Assembly (NCBI GenBank): GCA_904063045.1
Contig: CAJFCJ010000018.1
Location: 434,001-498,000, forward strand
Origin: Dimorphilus gyrociliatus
Lineage: Eukaryota > Animalia > Annelida
Direction of reading: 5' to 3'
Length of the DNA stretch: 64,000 bases
How positions within the stretch are numbered: the first letter of the stretch is position 1; each line of letters begins with the position of its first letter. Shown here piece after piece: positions 62,701 to 64,000 of the stretch. The position numbers and the translations under genes are program-made. The notes below the pieces were generated by a model, which had not been told where the DNA came from, ran no database searches, and saw only the letters and a list, made by a program, of their open reading frames with translations.

Positions 62701-64000
62701 AAATAACTGTACCAATAATAAATAGCATCTCTACCATAACATCACTGACGATGGAAGCCCTTGATTTATCCTCATCAGCACCCGGAGGTGGTACAAAGCT
62801 ATTTGTGCCATTTTTTGGCTGTGACCCAAAAGTAGCATTGTATGGCACAATTATGGCTATATAAAAAGTACAGAATAAAATCAACCAGTCCCAGCCAATT
62901 TTGAATATTCCATAATGTAAAATGATAAATTTGTGCGCTTTAATTTCTTGAACTTTGTATTCTGGAATTTGAGTGCTTCCGGAAAAATTTTTTATCTATA
63001 ATCAATATAATACAGTATATACTGCAATTCAATAGCGACAATAAAAAGCATCAATACTTTATTCAACTGTAGCTTGCTCTTCGTGTTCTTTTGTTTGTCA
63101 AACTGGCCGGATAAATGATAGAGGACGGCTCGGCTGAGAAAAGAAGCAATAAATTAATATTTATATAAGACGGCAGTGTTTAATGCGTGGCATATTCTAT
63201 ATTTATAATAAATCGCTAAAAAATTACTCTCTCTTGTACTCAATGTACATCCAGGGCATTTTAAAGAAATACAAAATGGTATTAGTGCATATTTGCTGGT
63301 GTTGAATTGAAGAAAGCTAAACTATTATTCTTTATACACACTAATTGAATGAAAAAGTAGCATAAGCAAAGTGTTATATTGATTATATTCCATGTAAAGT
63401 AAACATTGTAATAATAAAAGAGAGTAAAGATTGAATAAATTAGCGTTTTGCAGAAATTTGTTCAGTCTAAAAATGACTTGCTGCAAGCTTTATAAAAAAA
63501 GAAACAATTCAAGATACTAATTAGAATAGTCTTTTAACTCCATTTGTGAAACACTTAATAGTGAATTTAAAATGCACCGCAAAAGAAAATAAAAGAAATT
63601 AAGCGAATTCTTACGAATGTCTGTATAAACTGTCGGTAGTCATACCACTGCAAACAGTTTCGGTACAAAAGAAAAATGCAAATATAAGAGATAAGGTTTT
63701 AAAAGTTGGAGATAGTAATACGTATAGTGAAGCATTATGTCTTTTTTACTCATATCACACAAGAAATTATTAATACTATATATCTATTATTAAAATGCTA
63801 CATTTACTTAAACCAATGTTGCAGTTTCAAAGTTCTCTTTTGGTAAGAAATCTTTGTAATTATTTACTTAATTTATTAGTAAAATACTCGGAGACAATTA
63901 GCAGTAATTACCTCCTCCTTCTTGAATATTTGTAGCTGTCATCGGACTTCTCATTACTTGTTTGATCTCCACCAGGTGGGAGGACTACTCCACACCTTGT
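59768..64000 (-). CDS. EAG-family K+ channel, ELK subfamily (KCNH3/4/8-like); 5' part lies beyond the window
   Basis: YSRRRS|RAVLYHLSG (ELK-like), [22 protein letters not shown]4 [13 protein letters not shown], pore [15 protein letters not shown]-linker and cyclic-nucleotide-binding homology domain, C-terminal coiled coil. Confidence 0.95.

Noticed and set aside
1-64000. tRNA, rRNA, snRNA, CRISPR arrays, prophage or intact transposase/RT ORFs
   Set aside because: No A/B-box tRNA pattern, regularly spaced repeats, TIR/LTR pairs or transposase motifs seen. The sequence is eukaryotic, so prokaryotic system calls do not apply.

Overview
AT-rich, extremely gene-dense animal genomic DNA with mostly ~45-70 nt introns. 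I can support about 27 spliced genes plus one tentative gene in 64 kb. The r-opsin, CCAP receptor, prohormone-3 and the compaction suggest a protostome with a miniaturised genome; a Dimorphilus-like annelid is my inference, not something the sequence proves. In order: extended synaptotagmin (partial), rhabdomeric opsin, TTI2, PRC1, a secreted protein with a stand-alone ITIH C-terminal/GDPH domain, a ~6.6 kb gene for a large secreted EGF + cadherin + furin site + 7x unnamed repeat + discoidin + Asp-box protein, TEPP/SPMIP8, an orphan secreted Cys-rich protein, GGT, TBC1D5, TFIIA-gamma, a LysM protein, CEP19, a DUSP8/16-type phosphatase, a Myb/SANT protein, a 5-Ig receptor, Myt1 kinase, RAP1, TRAK/Milton, VPS25, mitochondrial EF-Ts, a CCAP/NPS receptor, a Shaw/Kv3 channel, CREBZF, an unresolved 3 kb block, a quiver/Ly6 protein, a prohormone-3/ITG-like precursor and an ELK-type KCNH channel (partial). 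Gene identities come from remembered family motifs, not database searches, and exon joins were read by eye. The best candidates for something new are the 7-repeat secreted protein and its secreted neighbours (8.6-18.5 kb), a GC/GT tandem-donor tail switch in the Ig receptor, and a Myt1 kinase with no membrane anchor. I saw no tRNA, rRNA, CRISPR array or intact transposon.
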